Assembly (NCBI GenBank): GCA_964464505.1
Contig: CAYXGN010000002.1
Coordinates: 1-33,911, forward strand
DNA: 33,911 nucleotides
Reading direction: 5' to 3'
Source of the DNA: an uncultured Prevotella sp.
GTDB taxonomy: Bacteria; Bacteroidota; Bacteroidia; Bacteroidales; Bacteroidaceae
The notes beneath the pieces are model-generated. The model made no database searches, had not been told where the DNA came from, and was given only the letters and a program-made list of their open reading frames with translations. The position numbers were made by a program, and so were the translations under genes. Within the stretch, counting starts at the first letter, position 1; every line of letters begins with the position of its first letter. This document shows, one piece after another, positions 10,387 to 18,884 of the stretch.

Positions 10387-12048
10387 ATGAAACAGGTAAT
10401 ACAAATCCGCTGCAAAAATAACAAAAAAATTCAAGATGTAGCAACTGGCAGCACACTTTCTGACATTTTCCAAACCTTAAATCTCAACTTGCCTTATCCC
10501 CCGGTAAGCGCCAAAGTGAACAACAAGGCAGAAGGACTGCACTACAGGGTGTATAACAATAAAGATGTGGAATACCTCGATTTGCGTTCTTCCTCGGGTA
10601 TGCGCACCTACACCCGCACCCTTTTCTTCGTGCTTTGCAAGGCTGTTCACGACCTGTTTCCAACGGGAAGCGTGGTCATCGACATCCCCGTGAGCAACGG
10701 TTACTATTGCGACCTGCACATAGGGCGGCCCGTTACGCCCCAGGATGCCGACGCTTTGCGCCGCCGTATGGACGAAATCATAGCGCAGGCAACGCCAATC
10801 CGCCGCCACACTGTGCCCACTGACGATGCCATAAAGCTCTTTGAGAGTCTCGGTTGCCACTCGAAGGTGCAGCTGTTGCGCTCCACCGGGCGTCTGTATA
10901 CCACTTATTACGACATCGACGGTTATGCCGACTACTTCTACGGGGCTATGCTCACCAACACATCGCAGCTCACCCTCTATGCTCTCGAGCCTTATTACGA
11001 CAGCCTTCTGCTTCGTGCGCCGTCGCAGACCGACCCCAATACGCTCGGCCCCATAATCCGTCAGGACAAGATGTTCGACATTTTCCGCGAGCATCACCGT
11101 TGGCAGCAGATTCTGGGAATGGGTACTGTGGGTGTGTTCAACACCGCAGTGCAGAAGGGTTATGCCAACACCATCATCAATGTGGCGGAAGCTTTGCAGG
11201 AAAAGAAGATTGCACAGATAGCCGACGAGATAGCCAGCCGACCCGGGGTGAAGATGGTTCTCATTGCAGGACCGTCATCATCGGGCAAGACAACCACCTG
11301 CAAGCGACTCAGCATACAGCTCCTCACCAACGGGATAAGGCCTGTTCCCATTTCATTGGACGATTACTTCGTCGACAGGGAAGTCACTCCGCGCGATGAA
11401 AAGGGCGACTACGACTACGAAAGTCTTTATGCTCTCAACCTCGAACTGCTCAACAAGCAACTCAAACAACTCTTCGCCGGAGAGGAAGTGGAACTCCCCC
11501 GCTACAATTTCCAGACGGGACGGAGCGAGAAAAGCGGCACACGGCTGCGCATGGAAGCCAACGATGTGCTCGTGGTGGAAGGCATTCACGCCCTCAACCC
11601 GGAACTGACGGCCCACATTCCAGAGGAACAGAAGTTCCGGGTGTATGCTTCTGCGCTCACCACCATTCTCCTTGACACCCACAACTACATCCCCACCACC
11701 GACAACCGACTGCTCCGCCGCATCATCCGCGACTACAAATACCGCGGCTGTTCGGCTCAGGACACCATCCGCCGATGGCCCAGTGTGCGCGCCGGCGAGA
11801 ACAAATGGATATTCCCCTATCAGGAGAATGCCGACGCAATGTTCAACTCTGCGATGATATATGAGCTCGCCGTGATAAAGACGCAAGCCGAACCCGTGCT
11901 CGAACAGGTGCCGGAAAACTGCGAGGAATATGCCGAAGCCTACCGTCTGCGCAAGTTCCTTGGCTACTTCACCGCCGTTCCTTACGACACGCTGCCGCCC
12001 ACATCGCTGCTCCGCGAGTTCTTGGGAGGAAGTTCGTTCAATTATTGA
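10387..12048 (+). CDS. Nucleoside (uridine) kinase-like protein with N-terminal threonyl-tRNA-synthetase-like (TGS/N2) region
   Basis: Walker A GPSSSGKTT, SLDDYF, VEGIHALN, RLLRRIIRD; N-terminal SAKVNN and GYYCD segments resemble the ThrRS N-terminus. Confidence 0.88.
   Translation: MKQVIQIRCKNNKKIQDVATGSTLSDIFQTLNLNLPYPPVSAKVNNKAEGLHYRVYNNKDVEYLDLRSSSGMRTYTRTLFFVLCKAVHDLFPTGSVVIDIPVSNGYYCDLHIGRPVTPQDADALRRRMDEIIAQATPIRRHTVPTDDAIKLFESLGCHSKVQLLRSTGRLYTTYYDIDGYADYFYGAMLTNTSQLTLYALEPYYDSLLLRAPSQTDPNTLGPIIRQDKMFDIFREHHRWQQILGMGTVGVFNTAVQKGYANTIINVAEALQEKKIAQIADEIASRPGVKMVLIAGPSSSGKTTTCKRLSIQLLTNGIRPVPISLDDYFVDREVTPRDEKGDYDYESLYALNLELLNKQLKQLFAGEEVELPRYNFQTGRSEKSGTRLRMEANDVLVVEGIHALNPELTAHIPEEQKFRVYASALTTILLDTHNYIPTTDNRLLRRIIRDYKYRGCSAQDTIRRWPSVRAGENKWIFPYQENADAMFNSAMIYELAVIKTQAEPVLEQVPENCEEYAEAYRLRKFLGYFTAVPYDTLPPTSLLREFLGGSSFNY
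10413..10420 (-). promoter_or_regulatory. Candidate -7 box (TATTTTTG) for the Na/Pi gene, lying inside the kinase CDS
   Basis: TAnnTTTGCA on the minus strand with TTG 21 nt upstream (10442-10444); no equivalent box seen in the intergenic gap. Confidence 0.45.
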
Positions 12049-12085
12049 TGCTCCGCGCCAGAGCCTAAAACCCACAACAATCGAG

Positions 12086-13045
12086 ATGACCCAAGAATCC
12101 ACCGACATCATGTATATGCGCCGTTGCCTGCAACTTGCGCGCTGCGGAATGGCCAATGCGAAACCCAATCCCATGGTGGGTGCGGTGATAGTGGCGCAAG
12201 ACCGCATCATCGGCGAAGGCTATCATGTGTGCTGCGGAGAAGGACATGCCGAGGTGAATGCCTTTGCTTCGGTAAGGGAAGAGGACGCTCCGCTGCTCCA
12301 CGAAGCCACCGTTTATGTGAGTCTCGAGCCTTGTTCGCATTTCGGCAAGACTCCTCCGTGTGCCGACCTTATAATAAAGAAAGGTGTAAGGCGCGTCGTC
12401 GTGGGTTGCATCGACCCTTTTTCCAAGGTTCAGGGACGCGGAATAAAAAAACTGCAAGATGCCGGTATCGAGGTGACGGTGGGCGTTTTGCGCGAGGAAT
12501 GCGAGGCGTTGAACCGCCGTTTCTTTACTTGCAACACCCTCAACCGACCTTACATCACGCTGAAATGGGCGCAGACTGCCAACGGTTTCCTTGATGACGG
12601 CGGCAAAGCCATCGCCATTTCCACTCCTTTCACACAGATGCTCGTTCACAAGTTGCGCTCGGAATGCGATGCCATCGCAGTGGGACGCACCACCGACGAG
12701 CGCGAACATCCGCGTCTGGACGTGCGCCATTGGGGTGGCAAGTCGCCCTTGCGACTCGTCATCAGCCGCGAGAATCCGCTGCTGAACGACATCGATTTCA
12801 CCCGACCCGTAATCCCTCAGCTCATGCAATGGCTTCTCTCGCGCCACTGCCAGAGTCTGCTTGTGGAGGGCGGCGCATTCACTTTGCAGTCGTTTCTCGA
12901 TGCCGACTGCTGGGACGAAATACGCATTGAGACCGCACCCACAACCGTTCTGTCGGGCACAAAAGCCCCGGCGTTGCCCGAAAAAGCGAAGTTGAAGGAG
13001 CAAAAGACCTACGACGGCAACACGATTCAGATTTACACAAAATAG
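12086..13045 (+). CDS. ribD: Bifunctional riboflavin biosynthesis deaminase/reductase RibD
   Basis: PNPMVGAVIV, HAE and LEPCSH...PPC zinc motifs, LKWAQTANG, LLVEGGA; start set at ATG 12086, downstream of the kinase stop. Confidence 0.95.
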   Translation: MTQESTDIMYMRRCLQLARCGMANAKPNPMVGAVIVAQDRIIGEGYHVCCGEGHAEVNAFASVREEDAPLLHEATVYVSLEPCSHFGKTPPCADLIIKKGVRRVVVGCIDPFSKVQGRGIKKLQDAGIEVTVGVLREECEALNRRFFTCNTLNRPYITLKWAQTANGFLDDGGKAIAISTPFTQMLVHKLRSECDAIAVGRTTDEREHPRLDVRHWGGKSPLRLVISRENPLLNDIDFTRPVIPQLMQWLLSRHCQSLLVEGGAFTLQSFLDADCWDEIRIETAPTTVLSGTKAPALPEKAKLKEQKTYDGNTIQIYTK

Positions 13046-13047
13046 AA

Positions 13048-13084
13048 AGAAGCCTTGTCTGCGGTGCAAACAAGGCTTTTCTTA
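13048..13084. terminator. Bidirectional terminator between ribD and the PNGase F-like gene
   Basis: AGAAGCCTTGT-C-TGC-GGT-GCA-A-ACAAGGCTTTT then CTT. Confidence 0.8.
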
Positions 13085-13127
13085 TCGGAGGAATGCCCCC
13101 TTTGATTTTATATTGGCTTCCAATGGA

Positions 13128-14579
13128 TTAGAAAACGAGCTTGCGGCTCACCACAACACCGTTTTCCAGTTCTACACACGCCACATAAATGCCTTTGCCG
13201 AAAGCATTGAGATTGATGCTGTCGCCACCGTGTTGATACTTTATCAGGCGTGCGTCGCCGCTGTAAAGTTCCACAGTCATTATCTTTTCTTCGCTCTCAA
13301 ACGCTAGGATGCCGCCGTTGACGGTCATCGTCACAGCCCCTTTCACGTCGGGATTGAGTTGCACGTTGTTCACGCCTTCGGGCAATGAACCGCCCGCCAA
13401 GCCTTGGAAGAAGATTGAAACGGGTATGCTGCCGTCGTGTTCTCCCGCTGCATTGCCGTTGAACTCGGCATCGGGAACGGAGATGCGCACCTTGTGAGTG
13501 CCGGCTTTCACGCTTCCCAACTTGATGATGCGGTTGTCGATGACATCGCCCGGACACCAGTTGCTGAACGATTGCCATTCTGCATCGGTCTTCTGTGTGA
13601 GTCCGTAGATGCCGTTACTCTGTGTGTTGTAAGTGCGAAACTTCTCGCAACTCGTCCTGCCGGGCTTGTAGGTGAGTGCCAATTCATCGTCGTAATAGAT
13701 GAAATGCATGCGGCGGCAGTACTCCTCGCCATAGTGAACGACTCCGTTGTTGTCCTTATATCCGCCCGAACCGTGATTGGAAGTGACGATGACGAGTTGT
13801 GCATCGGTCACGTCTTCGGGCACAGTGAAGGTGTAGGTCTTTGTCGTCTTGCCTATGGTGTCGGTGGCGTTCTCGGTGTAATTGTTGAGGTTGCCGCCCT
13901 GATATTCGTGCTTTTTCATCGTTATCGGCACAACGACGTTGTTGGTTACTGCTGCGGCGGCAGGCTGGGAAGTGATGAAATCGAGTGAAGCCTGGAACAC
14001 ATCGCTGCGCCCTTCGCATCCTTCTATCTGCGTGTTGGCGGCGTATGGGATGCCATAGAGCTGATATTCCACCCAGATGTCGTAGTTCTTGAGCAGGCGG
14101 CTGTCGCGCAGTATGTTGGTGAGATAGTCGAGGGTGTACTTGTAGGTCACCGACTTCGGCGTGAGGTTCTTGTTCATGAAGGGCGTGATGAAGCGTCCTA
14201 TCTCTATGCGGTCCACATCATCGTAGGCGTAAGTGGTACTTCCTTTGGGCACAAAGGCGAAGTTTACGTTACCCAAACGGTCGTAGTTGTCGCAGCACGC
14301 ATACACGCGGAGCTTCATCGTGAGCGTTTCTCCCATCAGCGCGAGTTCTTCGTCGGTGAGTTTTCGGGCGTAGGTGGAAGTGGTGTGGCGCAATATTCCG
14401 TCGTCGAGGTTCTTCGCTTCGTCGGGCAAATCGGTAACGAGATACTCGTCGTAGAAAGTCACTTTGTTGTAGATGTGGATTGTCTTTACGCTTGTCTGGG
14501 CGCGCATGGGGGTGGCGACAAGCTGTGCTGCCATGACGATGATGGCTGCAAGCATTTGCTTCATTGTGTGTGTTGTCAT
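13128..14579 (-). CDS. Secreted peptide-N-glycosidase F-related protein with T9SS C-terminal domain
   Basis: Signal peptide (MRA-Q); DNYDRLG, EIGRFITPF, SNHG...EEYCRRMH and SNWCPG resemble PNGase F motifs; C-terminal LYSGDAR...KGIYV...RKLVF; alternative start at 14564. Confidence 0.8.
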   Translation of the reverse strand: MTTHTMKQMLAAIIVMAAQLVATPMRAQTSVKTIHIYNKVTFYDEYLVTDLPDEAKNLDDGILRHTTSTYARKLTDEELALMGETLTMKLRVYACCDNYDRLGNVNFAFVPKGSTTYAYDDVDRIEIGRFITPFMNKNLTPKSVTYKYTLDYLTNILRDSRLLKNYDIWVEYQLYGIPYAANTQIEGCEGRSDVFQASLDFITSQPAAAAVTNNVVVPITMKKHEYQGGNLNNYTENATDTIGKTTKTYTFTVPEDVTDAQLVIVTSNHGSGGYKDNNGVVHYGEEYCRRMHFIYYDDELALTYKPGRTSCEKFRTYNTQSNGIYGLTQKTDAEWQSFSNWCPGDVIDNRIIKLGSVKAGTHKVRISVPDAEFNGNAAGEHDGSIPVSIFFQGLAGGSLPEGVNNVQLNPDVKGAVTMTVNGGILAFESEEKIMTVELYSGDARLIKYQHGGDSINLNAFGKGIYVACVELENGVVVSRKLVF

Positions 14580-14631
14580 AGTCTTCTGTCTTTTTACCTA
14601 TTGAAAAGTTGGTTTCTATGAATTGGAAATG

Positions 14632-15108
14632 TTATCCTTTGCGTCCGAAATCTGCCGGCACCTCGCCCCATTTCTGTGTCTCCCACTTCACGACGTTGTT
14701 CTTGATGTCGTGCGTGCGGAGCCATGTCTCGGCGCGGGCAATCACCTGATAGAGACTCTCTGTGCGAGCATTGCGCGCGAGTTTTGTCTTGCATTGCTTC
14801 TTTGTGACCCACAATATGGCGTTGTGGGAGTCGCTGTAGATGGTCTTTCCCGTCACGCCCTGCTTGTGGAGCAATGCCAAAGCGTGCACGATGGCGAGAA
14901 ATTCGCCGATGTTATTGGTGCCGTGCACGGGACCGTAATGGAACACCTGCGCTCCGGTGGCGAGGTCGATGGCTCTGTATTCCATCGGTCCCGGGTTGCC
15001 ACTGCACGCTGCATCCACTGCCCAGGCATTGGCTGTCACCTCCAAAGGGAGCGGCAGCACGGTGTCGTGGCGGTAGGATGGCGGATTCTGAAGGCTGCGG
15101 GTCGGCAT
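14632..15108 (-). CDS. rnhA: Ribonuclease HI, Bacillus halodurans-like catalytic domain
   Basis: VDAACSGNPG, TNNIGEFLAIVHAL, IYSDS and WGEVPADFGRK supply the four catalytic carboxylates. Confidence 0.9.
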   Translation of the reverse strand: MPTRSLQNPPSYRHDTVLPLPLEVTANAWAVDAACSGNPGPMEYRAIDLATGAQVFHYGPVHGTNNIGEFLAIVHALALLHKQGVTGKTIYSDSHNAILWVTKKQCKTKLARNARTESLYQVIARAETWLRTHDIKNNVVKWETQKWGEVPADFGRKG

Positions 15109-15143
15109 CGTTATTGTTTTCTTGGCGTTATGGAAAAACCTTG

Positions 15144-16961
15144 TTACATTCTCTCCGGCACCTCAATTCCAAGCAGAGCCATACCGTTGCGGAGTGTCTT
15201 TGCCACATTCTTGGCAAGCACAAGGCGCACGATTTTCTCGTCCTGGGTGTCTGCTCCGAGGATGGAATAGTCGTGGTAGAACTGGTTGAAAGCCTTCGTC
15301 AGCTCATAGCAGTAGTTGGCTATGCCGCTGGGCGAATAGTCCTTGCCTGCCTGTTCCACTGCCGCACCGAACTCACTGATTTTCTGTATGAGTTCCGTCT
15401 CCTTTTCGTTGAGCGGCATCGAGGTGGCGAGTCCGGCGGGAACAACGGTTCCTTCCGCCTCAGCCTTGCGGAGGATGGAGCGTATGCGGGCGTAGGTGTA
15501 CTGTATGAAGGGTCCGGTGTTGCCGTTGAAGTCGATTGATTCCTCGGGGTTGAAGAGCATGTTCTTGCGCGCATCCACCTTGAGGATGAAGTATTTCAAT
15601 GCTCCCATGCCCACGATGCGGGCTATCTCGGCGCGCTCTTCTTCGCTCATGTCGTTGAATTTTCCCAATTCTTCGCTTGTCTTCCGGGCATCTTCAATCA
15701 TCGCTGCTATCAGGTCATCGGCGTCGACGACGGTTCCTTCGCGACTCTTCATCTTACCGTTGGGCAGCTCCACCATTCCGTAGGAGAAGTGAACGAGTTC
15801 CTTTCCCCACTTGAAACCAAGTCTGTCGAGCAGCAGGGAGAGCACTTGGAAGTGGTAATTCTGCTCGTTGCCCACCACGTAAATCATCTTGTCGATGGGG
15901 AAATCATTGAAACGCATCTCTGCGGTGCCTATATCCTGGGTCATGTAGACGCTGGTGCCGTCGCTGCGGAGCAGGAGTTTCTGGTCGAGACCTTCGTTTG
16001 TGAGGTCTGCCCACACCGAGTTGTCGTCTTTACGGAAGAAGAGTCCTTTCTCAAGTCCTTCCTCCACCTTCTTCTTTCCCACGAGGTAGGTGTTCGACTC
16101 ATAGTAGATTTTGTCGAAGCCTACGCCCAACGCCTTGTAAGTCTCGTCGAAACCGGCATACACCCAGTCGTTCATCTTCTTCCAGAGGGCGCGCACTTCC
16201 GCATCGCCCTGCTCCCATTTTACGAGCATTTCGTGTGCTTCCTTGATGAGGGGAGCCTCGTCTTTGGCTTTCTTCTCGGCGGCTTCGGTGTCCATTCCTT
16301 CTGCCTCATACTGCGCCTGGAGCTGCTTCACCTCCTCGCGGTAGTGTTTGTCGAAAGCCACATAATAGTCGCCGATGAGGTGGTCGCCCTTCTTTCCGCT
16401 TGTCTCGGGGGTCTCGCCGTTGCCCCATTTGAGCCAGGCGAGCATCGATTTGCAGATGTGTATGCCGCGGTCGTTCACAATATTGGTCTTCACCACACGG
16501 TTGCCGTTGGCCTCCATAATCTGTGCCAGCGACCATCCCAAAAGGTTGTTGCGCACGTGTCCGAGGTGGAGCGGCTTGTTGGTATTGGGCGATGAGTATT
16601 CTATCATCACAAGGGGCGAGTCCTTTGTGGCTTGCTTCTCGCCGTATTTCGGGTCGGCATCGATGTCGTTGAGCAGGGAAATCCATGCTGCCGGAGCCAC
16701 CACGAGGTTGAGAAAACCCTTCACCACGTTGAACGAAGCTACGGCATCGCAGTTGCGGCAGATGTATTCGCCCATCTCCTGCGCCGTTTCTTCGGGCTTC
16801 TTGTGCGACATTTTGAGGAACGGGAACACCACGAGGGTGAGGTTGCCTTCAAACTCCCGCTTCGTCTTTTGCAGTTGCACGGCGGTCTGCGCCACCTCCT
16901 GTCCGTAGAGATTCTTTACGGCTTGGAGGGCGGCATCTATGATTTGCTGTTCTATTGTCAT
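15144..16961 (-). CDS. argS: Arginine--tRNA ligase
   Basis: IEYSSPNTNKPLHLGH (HIGH), KMKSREG (KMSKS-like), GNTGPFIQYTYAR, terminal PERM. Confidence 0.98.
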   Translation of the reverse strand: MTIEQQIIDAALQAVKNLYGQEVAQTAVQLQKTKREFEGNLTLVVFPFLKMSHKKPEETAQEMGEYICRNCDAVASFNVVKGFLNLVVAPAAWISLLNDIDADPKYGEKQATKDSPLVMIEYSSPNTNKPLHLGHVRNNLLGWSLAQIMEANGNRVVKTNIVNDRGIHICKSMLAWLKWGNGETPETSGKKGDHLIGDYYVAFDKHYREEVKQLQAQYEAEGMDTEAAEKKAKDEAPLIKEAHEMLVKWEQGDAEVRALWKKMNDWVYAGFDETYKALGVGFDKIYYESNTYLVGKKKVEEGLEKGLFFRKDDNSVWADLTNEGLDQKLLLRSDGTSVYMTQDIGTAEMRFNDFPIDKMIYVVGNEQNYHFQVLSLLLDRLGFKWGKELVHFSYGMVELPNGKMKSREGTVVDADDLIAAMIEDARKTSEELGKFNDMSEEERAEIARIVGMGALKYFILKVDARKNMLFNPEESIDFNGNTGPFIQYTYARIRSILRKAEAEGTVVPAGLATSMPLNEKETELIQKISEFGAAVEQAGKDYSPSGIANYCYELTKAFNQFYHDYSILGADTQDEKIVRLVLAKNVAKTLRNGMALLGIEVPERM

Positions 16962-16976
16962 CTTGCTTTTTCTTTT

Positions 16977-17013
16977 ACCTTATTAATAATATTGCTCCAC
17001 CTTGTTAATAATA
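16977..17013. repeat. 15-bp direct repeat ACCTT(A/G)TTAATAATA in the argS leader
   Basis: Copies at 16977-16991 and 16999-17013; one mismatch; 22-bp period. Confidence 0.7.
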
Positions 17014-17032
17014 CAATGTGGCGAATTGTTTG

Positions 17033-17040
17033 CAAAGTTA
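17033..17040 (-). promoter_or_regulatory. -7 promoter box (TAACTTTG) for argS-rnhA-PNGase
   Basis: TAnnTTTGCA on the minus strand. Confidence 0.7.
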
Positions 17041-17115
17041 CGATTTTTCCCCGAACCTGTCGGCGTAAAAGCAGAAAATGTGAGCAATGTGGGTGGGTTG
17101 TTGCGTTTTTTGTGC

Positions 17116-17123
17116 TACATTTG
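17116..17123 (+). promoter_or_regulatory. -7 promoter box (TACATTTG) for the flippase gene
   Basis: TAnnTTTGCA about 21 nt upstream of ATG 17145. Confidence 0.7.
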
Positions 17124-17144
17124 CAGTGCGAACAAGGCTGACGT

Positions 17145-18584
17145 ATGGAATCATTGAAGCAAAAGACGGCGCGGGGACTGCTTTGGGGCGGACTCAACAG
17201 CGGCATGCAGCAGGTGCTGGGATTGGCTTTCGGCATAGTGCTGGGGCGACTCCTGTGTCCCGAAGACTATGGCATGATGGCGATGATAAGCATCTTCTCG
17301 CTCGTCGCCACGGCATTGCAGGACAGCGGTTTCCGTACGGCTCTCACCAATCTGCACCATCCCACGGCGGAGGACTACAACTCGGTGTTCTGGTTTAACA
17401 TCCTTATGGCCACCGGCCTCTACCTCATCCTCTTCTTCGCCGCGCCTCTCATAGGCTCCTATTATCACACCGAGCGCGTCGTGCCGTTATGCCGTTACGC
17501 ATTTCTCATCATCATTCTGTCGTCGCTGGGCACCGCACAGTCGGCTTGGCTCTTCAAGAATCTGAAGGCAAAACAGCAAGCCACGGCAGCAGCCGTAGGC
17601 GTTCTGGTGTCCAACACAGTGGGAGTGGCGATGGCTTTCGCAGGGTTTGCCTACTGGGCTCTTGCCACTCAGAACCTCATCTACGTTGCCGTGAACGTCG
17701 GAATGCAATGGTATTACTCGCCATGGAGACCCACTCTCCGCGCAATCACGTTCGCCCCGGTGCGCAGGATGTTCCGTTTCTCGTGCAAAGTGCTTGCAAC
17801 GACAATCGTAAACCACATCAACAACAACGTGCTTAACATCCTTTTGGGGCATTATTTCTCTCCCCACGACACCGGAAACTTCAATCAGGCGTACCAATGG
17901 AACATGAAGGGCTACTCGCTCGTGCAGAGTATGATTCTCCAAGTGGCTCAACCCGTGCTCGTGGGACTCGATGACGACCGCGAACGGCAACTCCGTGTGT
18001 TCCGCAAGATGGTGCGTTTCACGTCGTTTGTCACCTTCCCCCTGCTCTTCGGCTTTGCACTCGTGGCGCAGGAGTTCATCGTCCTCGCACTGACGGAGAA
18101 ATGGTCGGCATCGGCTTCACTCCTGCAACTGCTCTGCATCAGCGGTGCCGTGATGCCGCTCTGCGCTCTGTTCAACAACATGGTGGTGAGCAAAGGGCGC
18201 AGCGACATACTCCTTTGGTGTACGTTCTCACTCGGACTCTTGCAGGTGCTCACCATGCTCGCCATCTGGCCATGGGGCATCCGCGTCATGGTGGAGGCTT
18301 TTGTAGTCCTCAATGTGGCGTGGCTCTTCGTCTGGCTCTACTTCGTCCGCCGCCTCACAGGCTACGGTTTCCGTATGTTCGCGCGCGATGTGCTCCCCTT
18401 TGCCGCCGCCGCTGCCGCCGTGATGACGCTCACCCACTTCGTCACCCTGCCCATTCACAACCTCTGGCTTTTGCTGTTTGCCCGCATAATCATCGCCGCC
18501 GGTGCCTATTACATCATCATGCGCCTCGCCCATGTCGCCATCCTCAGCGAGTGCCTCGCCTTCGTTCGGGGCAAAATGAAGTAG
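17145..18584 (+). CDS. wzx: Polysaccharide flippase, Wzx/WzxC-like (MOP superfamily)
   Basis: SLKQKTARGLLW start, LGRLLCPEDYG, DSGFRTAL, SVFWFN, LTEKW; about 12-14 TM helices. Confidence 0.88.
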   Translation: MESLKQKTARGLLWGGLNSGMQQVLGLAFGIVLGRLLCPEDYGMMAMISIFSLVATALQDSGFRTALTNLHHPTAEDYNSVFWFNILMATGLYLILFFAAPLIGSYYHTERVVPLCRYAFLIIILSSLGTAQSAWLFKNLKAKQQATAAAVGVLVSNTVGVAMAFAGFAYWALATQNLIYVAVNVGMQWYYSPWRPTLRAITFAPVRRMFRFSCKVLATTIVNHINNNVLNILLGHYFSPHDTGNFNQAYQWNMKGYSLVQSMILQVAQPVLVGLDDDRERQLRVFRKMVRFTSFVTFPLLFGFALVAQEFIVLALTEKWSASASLLQLLCISGAVMPLCALFNNMVVSKGRSDILLWCTFSLGLLQVLTMLAIWPWGIRVMVEAFVVLNVAWLFVWLYFVRRLTGYGFRMFARDVLPFAAAAAAVMTLTHFVTLPIHNLWLLLFARIIIAAGAYYIIMRLAHVAILSECLAFVRGKMK

Positions 18585-18607
18585 CGCGTGCATGCCAAAG
18601 GGCGCAA

Positions 18608-18729
18608 GAAAGAGGGCATACCGTAGTAGGCGCGTATCTCCGAGACGCGCCCCTCAACCTACTACAATCACCCTTTCCGTTTGCAATGGGCGCGCCTCGG
18701 CGATTCGCGCCTACTACGATTACCCTCGC
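18608..18729. repeat. REPIN-like element (copy B): two inverted REP arms
   Basis: Arms 18622-18652 and 18688-18718 are inverted copies (28/31 identical) around a 35-nt spacer. Confidence 0.9.
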
Positions 18730-18759
18730 CTATTGCGCAAATCGCAACGCTAATATGCA

Positions 18760-18796
18760 AAGCCCTCCCCGGCGGGGAGGGTTGGGAGGGGCTCCT
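18760..18796 (+). repeat. 37-bp C/G-rich repeat (intrastrand-triplex/G4-capable), copy 1
   Basis: AAGCCCTCCCCGGCGGGGAGGGTTGGGAGGGGCTCCT, identical to 20387-20423. Confidence 0.92.
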
Positions 18797-18816
18797 GTTC
18801 GCCTCCTTCCCAACAT

Positions 18817-18853
18817 AAAAAAGTGGGTGCGGAGCCGCGCTCCGCACCCACTT
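18817..18853 (-). terminator. Intrinsic terminator of the 18885-19895 gene
   Basis: Perfect 15-bp stem AAGTGGGTGCGGAGC/GCTCCGCACCCACTT with a 3-nt loop and a U6 tract on the minus strand. Confidence 0.88.
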
Positions 18854-18884
18854 GCGATTAACTTATTATGTGTTTAAGAGGTAT

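Noticed and set aside
18101..18877. ORFs crossing the repeats (18101-18877, 20247-20471, 20322-20720, 24139-24351, 24182-24397) that share peptides such as APTTIT and PPRRGGLGGAP
   Set aside because: The shared peptides are translations of the DNA repeats, not a protein family.
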